From contig CAUYUJ010000017.1 in NCBI GenBank assembly GCA_963575745.1, positions 1-64,000 on the forward strand: a stretch of DNA of 64,000 nucleotides, read 5' to 3'. The DNA comes from Prorocentrum cordatum. Lineage: Eukaryota. The position numbers were made by a program, and so were the translations under genes. Positions within the stretch are counted from its first letter, which is position 1. The number at the start of each line of letters is the position of its first letter. The notes under the pieces were generated by a model that made no database searches, was not told the DNA's origin, and saw only the letters and a program-made list of their open reading frames with translations. This document shows positions 60,175 to 64,000 of this stretch, in pieces.

Positions 60175-63100
60175 CAGAGCACTCATTTGTAATTCCGGTC
60201 ATTTGTAATTCCGGTCATTTCCAATTCCGGCCACGAATTGCAAATGAGAGGTGCCGACGGGAAGGCATGTGCTCAAGCGCTACGCCCAACGTGTCTCCAA
60301 GGCGTCAGGGCGCAGCCTCTGCTTACGCTCGTAAAAGATCACAAGAATAACGGCAACAGCAACGTCGCCGCCGTTCCGTGCGACACGCAGGATTTGCGTG
60401 TCACGTCTACGCGACACGCAAATTCTGCGCGTCGCGTCGCCCGGCCGCCCAGAGCGCGTTCCGGGTGACACGCAGGATTTGCGTGTCACTTTTAATTACT
60501 TACGCGACGCCGCCCCGAGCGCGTTCCGTGTGACGTGACACGCAGGATTGGCGTGTCGCGTAGACGTGACACGCAAATCCTGCGTGTCCGCCCCCCTGGC
60601 GTGGCCCGCGTGACCCGCAGATTCTGCGTGTCCCCACCCCGGCCCCCCCGACCCCCGGCGTGCGACGCACAGATTTTGGGCCCGCGAGACATGCAGATTC
60701 TGCGCGTCCCCACCCCGGCCCCCAGGACCCCTGGCGTGCGACACGCAGATTTTGAGCCCGCGTGACACGCAGATTTTTCGCGTCCCCATCCCGGCCCCCG
60801 GGACCCCTGGCGTGCGACACGCAGATTCTGCGTGTCCGCCCCCCCTGGCGGGGCCCGCGTGACACGCAGATTCTGCGTGCCCCCACCCCGGCCCCCAGGA
60901 CCCCTGGCGTGCGACACGCAGATTTTGAACCCGCGTCACACGCAGATTCTGCGTGTCCCCACCCCGGCCCCCAGGACCCTTGGCGTGCGACACGCAGGTT
61001 CTGCGTGTCCGCCCCCCCTGGCGGGGCCCGCGTGACACGCAGATTCTGCGTGCCCCCACCCCGGCCCCGGGGCCCCCGGCGTGCGACGCGCAGATTCTGG
61101 GCCCGCGTGACACGCAAATTCTGCGTGACCCCAACCCGGCCCCCAGCACCTTTGGCGTGCGATACGCAGATTCTGCGTGTCCGCCCCACTGGCGGGGCCC
61201 GCGTGACATGCAGATTCTGCGCGTCCCCACCCCAGCTCCCGGACCCCCGGTGTGCGACGCGCAGATTTTGGGCCCGCGTGACCGCCCCCCTGGCGGGCCC
61301 CGCGTGACACGCAGATTCTGCGTGTCCCCACCCCGGCCCCCGGGCCCCGGCGTGCGACACGCAGATTTTGGGCCCGCGTGACACGCAGATTCTGCGCGTC
61401 CCCACCACGGCCCCCAGGACCCCTGGCGTGCGACACGCAGATTCTGCGTGTCCGCCCCCCTGTGCGTCATGCAGACTTTGGGCCCGCATGACACGCAGAT
61501 TCTGCGTGTCCCCACCCCGGCCCCCACCCTTGGCGTGCGACACGCCTGCTTGGCTGTGCGTCACGACCCGCGTGACACGCAGATTCTGCGTGTCCCCACC
61601 CCGGCCCCCAGGACCCTTGGCGTGCGACACGCAGATTCTGCGTGTCCGCCACCCTTGGCGGGGCCCGCGTGACACGCAGATTCTGCGCGTCCCCACCCCG
61701 GCCCCCGGGCCCCCGGCGTGCGACACGCAGATTTTGGGCCCGCGTGACACGCAGATTCTGCGTGTCCCCACCCCGGCCCCCAGGACCCCCTGGACCCCCG
61801 GCGTGCGACGCGCAGATTTTGGGCCAGCGTGACGCGCAGATTCTGCGTGTCCCCACCCCAGCCCCCAGGACCCCCAGCGTGCGACACGCAGATTCTGCGC
61901 GTCCGCCTCCCAGCTGGCGGGGCCCGCGTGACACGCAGATTCTGCGTGTCCCCACCCCGGCCCCCGGGCTCCCGGCGTGCGACGCGCAGATTTTGGGCCC
62001 GCGTGACACGCAGATTCTGCGTGCCCCCACCCCGGCCCCCAGGACCCCCGGCGTGCGACACGCAGATTCTGCGTGTCCGCCCCCCTGGCGGGGCCCGCGT
62101 GACACGCAGATTCTGCGTGTCCCCACCCCGGCCCCCAGACCCCCGGCGTGCGACGCGCAGATTTTAGGCCCGCGTGACACGCAGATTCTGCATGTCCCCA
62201 TCCCGGCCCCCAGGACCCTTGGCGTGCGACACGCAGATTCTGCGTGTCCGCCCCCCTGGCGGGGCCCGCGTGACATGCAGATTCTGCGTGTCCCCACCCC
62301 GGCCCCCGGACCAAGGGGAGGCGAAAGGCAGATTCTGGGGCCCGTGTGACACGCAGATTCTGCGTGTCCCCCAGGACCCCCGGCGTGCGACACGCAGATT
62401 CTGCCTGTCCGCCCCCCTTGGTGGGGCCCGCGTGACACGCAGATTCTGCGTGTCCCCACCCTGGCCCCCGGGCCCCCGGCGTGCATCGCGCAGATTTTGG
62501 GCCCGCGTGACACGCAGATTCTGCATGTCCCCACCCCGGCCCCCAGCACCCTTGGCGTGCGACACGCAGATTCTGCATGTCCGCCCCGCTGGCGGGGCCC
62601 GCGTGACACGCAGATTCTGCGTGTCCCCACCCCGGCCCCCGGACCCCATTCTGCGCGTCCCCACCCCGGCCCCCAGGACCCCCGGCGTGCGACACGCAGA
62701 TTCTGCGTGTCCGCCCCCCTGGCGGGGCCCGCGTGACACGCAGATTCTGCGTGTCCCCACCCCGGGCCCCGGGCCCCCGGTGTGCGACGCGCAGATTTTG
62801 GCCCGCGTCACACGCAGATTCTGCGTGCCCCCACCTCGGCCCCCAGGACGCTTGGCGTGCGACACGCAGATTCTGCGTGCCCGCCCCCTCTGGCGAGGCC
62901 CGCGTGACACGCAGATTTCGCGTGTCCCCACCCCGGCCCCCCGACCCCCGGCGTGCGACACGCAGATTTGGGGCCCGCGTCACACGCAGATTTTGCGTGT
63001 CCCCACCTCGGCCCCCAGGACGCTTGGCGTGCGACACGCAGATTCTGCGTGCCCGCCCCACTGGCGGGGCCCGCGTGACACGCAGATTTCGCGTGTCCCC

Positions 63101-63625
63101 ACCCCGGCCCCCCGACCCCCGGCGTGCGACACGCAGATTTTGGGCCCGCGTCACACGCAGACTCTGCGTGTCCCCACCTCGGCCCCCAGGACGCTTGGCG
63201 TGCGACACGCAGATTCTGCGTGCCCGCCCCCCTGGCGGGGCCCGCGTGACACGCAGATTCTGCGTGTCCCCACCCCGGCCCCGCGACCCCCGGCGTGCGA
63301 CACGCAGATTCTGCGTGTCCGCCCCTCTGATTCTGCGTGTCCCGCCCAGGCGCGCTCCGTGTGACACGCAGATCTTGCGTGTCACGTGTACGCGACACGC
63401 AGGATTTGCGCGTCACGTCTACGCGTGCCCGATCGAGGGTGGCGCGCACCAGATCCAGACTCGGGCGCGCGCTCGAATGTGTTTGCCCTGGGGCCTCCGG
63501 GGCCTAACAAGCGCGTTCATTTCTAATTCCGGTCATTTGCAATTCCGGCCACGAATTAGAAATGAAGCGCGCCGAAGGGGCGGCGGAGGCCACGTGCAGC
63601 ACACGAATTAGAAATGAGCACTCTG
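60175..63625. mobile_element. Non-autonomous TIR DNA transposon, Tc1/mariner-like (TA target duplication, ~21-bp TIRs starting CAGAG)
   Basis: Left end TA|CAGAGCACTCATTTGTAATTC, right end GAATTAGAAATGAGCACTCTG|TA. Both ends share the subterminal TAATTCCGGTCATTT.CAATTCCGGCCACGAATT block. Precise removal restores the helicase frame. Confidence 0.8.
60380..63425. repeat. Higher-order tandem array of the 21-bp palindrome GACACGCAGATTCTGCGTGTC with a few recurring GC-rich linkers
   Basis: Dozens of full and half palindromes separated by recurring linkers such as CCCACCCCGGCCCCCAGGACCCCTGGCGTGC, CGCCCCCCTGGCGGGGCCCGCGT and TTTGGGCCCGCGT. Confidence 0.95.
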
Positions 63626-63657
63626 TACCTCGTGGCGGCCGCAATCCAGGATCACGC
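63626..63657 (-). CDS. Pif1-like helicase short segment (G)VILDCGRHEV
   Basis: cccag|GC acceptor. In frame with both neighbouring segments once the TA-flanked element is removed. Confidence 0.62.
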
Positions 63658-63803
63658 CTGGGCGACGTCGACCGAGGGAGCAGCGCGCCGGGCAGCCGAC
63701 GGCCCAGGGCGAGAGTCCACAGGACCGAGAGATGGTCTGGCCGCGGACTGCTCGCGCCCGGAGGTCTGGCCGCCCCCGGAGCGCCGTTTCTCCGCCCCGT
63801 CGC

Positions 63804-63861
63804 CTTCGCGCATGGTGCGCCCCTGGCACGCCACCGTGGTGATGACCCTGCCGTGCGAGAA
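63804..63861 (-). CDS. Pif1-like helicase segment with motif V (HGRVITTVACQGRTM); upstream boundary uncertain
   Basis: Lies in track ORF 63652..63990. GAAG|GC donor of a 146-nt intron (63803-63658). Upstream sequence is a minisatellite repeat. Confidence 0.62.
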
Positions 63862-64000
63862 ATGCAAGGGGGGTGCCGAAATGGGTGGGGGTGACGCATG
63901 CGGGCGGCGGGCACTGGGGCCTTCGGTGGAGCTCCCTATGGAGCCACGAAACGTGTGAGGGGTGTGCCGAAATGGGTGTGGGTGACGCATGCGGCCGCGG

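Larger units (their letters stand above)
59930..63861 (-). pseudogene. C-terminal part of a Pif1-family (SF1B) DNA helicase, possibly a Helitron-like RepHel, interrupted by a DNA transposon; segments 63861-63804, 63657-63626, 60172-59930
   Basis: Spliced and TE-excised translation is FSHGRVITTVACQGRTMREG/VILDCGRHEV/GNGKKEDDDWWLELYALLSRATRHEDLLLMRAPRIEFFMAGPP...IREA*. It aligns by eye to Pif1 motif V (SQGQTL..V.vDL) and motif VI (YVALSRA..GL). Confidence 0.7.

Noticed and set aside
60500..63385. 961-aa ORF and overlapping long ORFs
   Set aside because: They are translations of a stop-poor tandem array, open in several frames on both strands.
60380..63425. CRISPR array (palindromic repeats separated by 20-35 bp stretches)
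   Set aside because: The intervening sequences are a few recurring linker types rather than unique spacers. There are no cas genes or leader, and the context is eukaryotic with spliceosomal introns.
60172..63628. The TIR element acting as a clean GT-AG intron (GAG|GTACAG...CTGTAG|GG)
   Set aside because: Splicing at these sites removes 4 extra nucleotides relative to the empty site and shifts the helicase frame. Only weaker alternative donors would keep the frame, and I have no evidence for them.

Overview
GC-rich, repeat-dense eukaryotic DNA that looks dinoflagellate (inferred from GC/GA splice donors, the AG|G junction bias and the repeat landscape). One gene can be fully reconstructed: a 6-exon, 730-aa KIF9-type (kinesin-9 family) gene on the minus strand (20839 to 14088). 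All five of its introns are phase 0, have GC/GC/GT/GA/GA donors and are flanked by 5-7 bp direct repeats. At the right end lies the C-terminal part of an intron-containing Pif1-family (SF1B) helicase, with motifs V and VI split over three segments. Its reading frame is interrupted by a 3451-bp TA-flanked element with terminal inverted repeats (60175-63625), and this element carries a ~3-kb array of 21-bp palindromes. The rest of the window is a mosaic of at least 8 short MITE-like repeat families, a ~1.5-kb dispersed element, a ~0.9-kb foldback, minisatellites and long microsatellite or homopurine tracts, plus a few low-confidence candidate exons. Most ORFs in the track are artefacts of simple repeats. 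I could not support any rRNA, tRNA or CRISPR.
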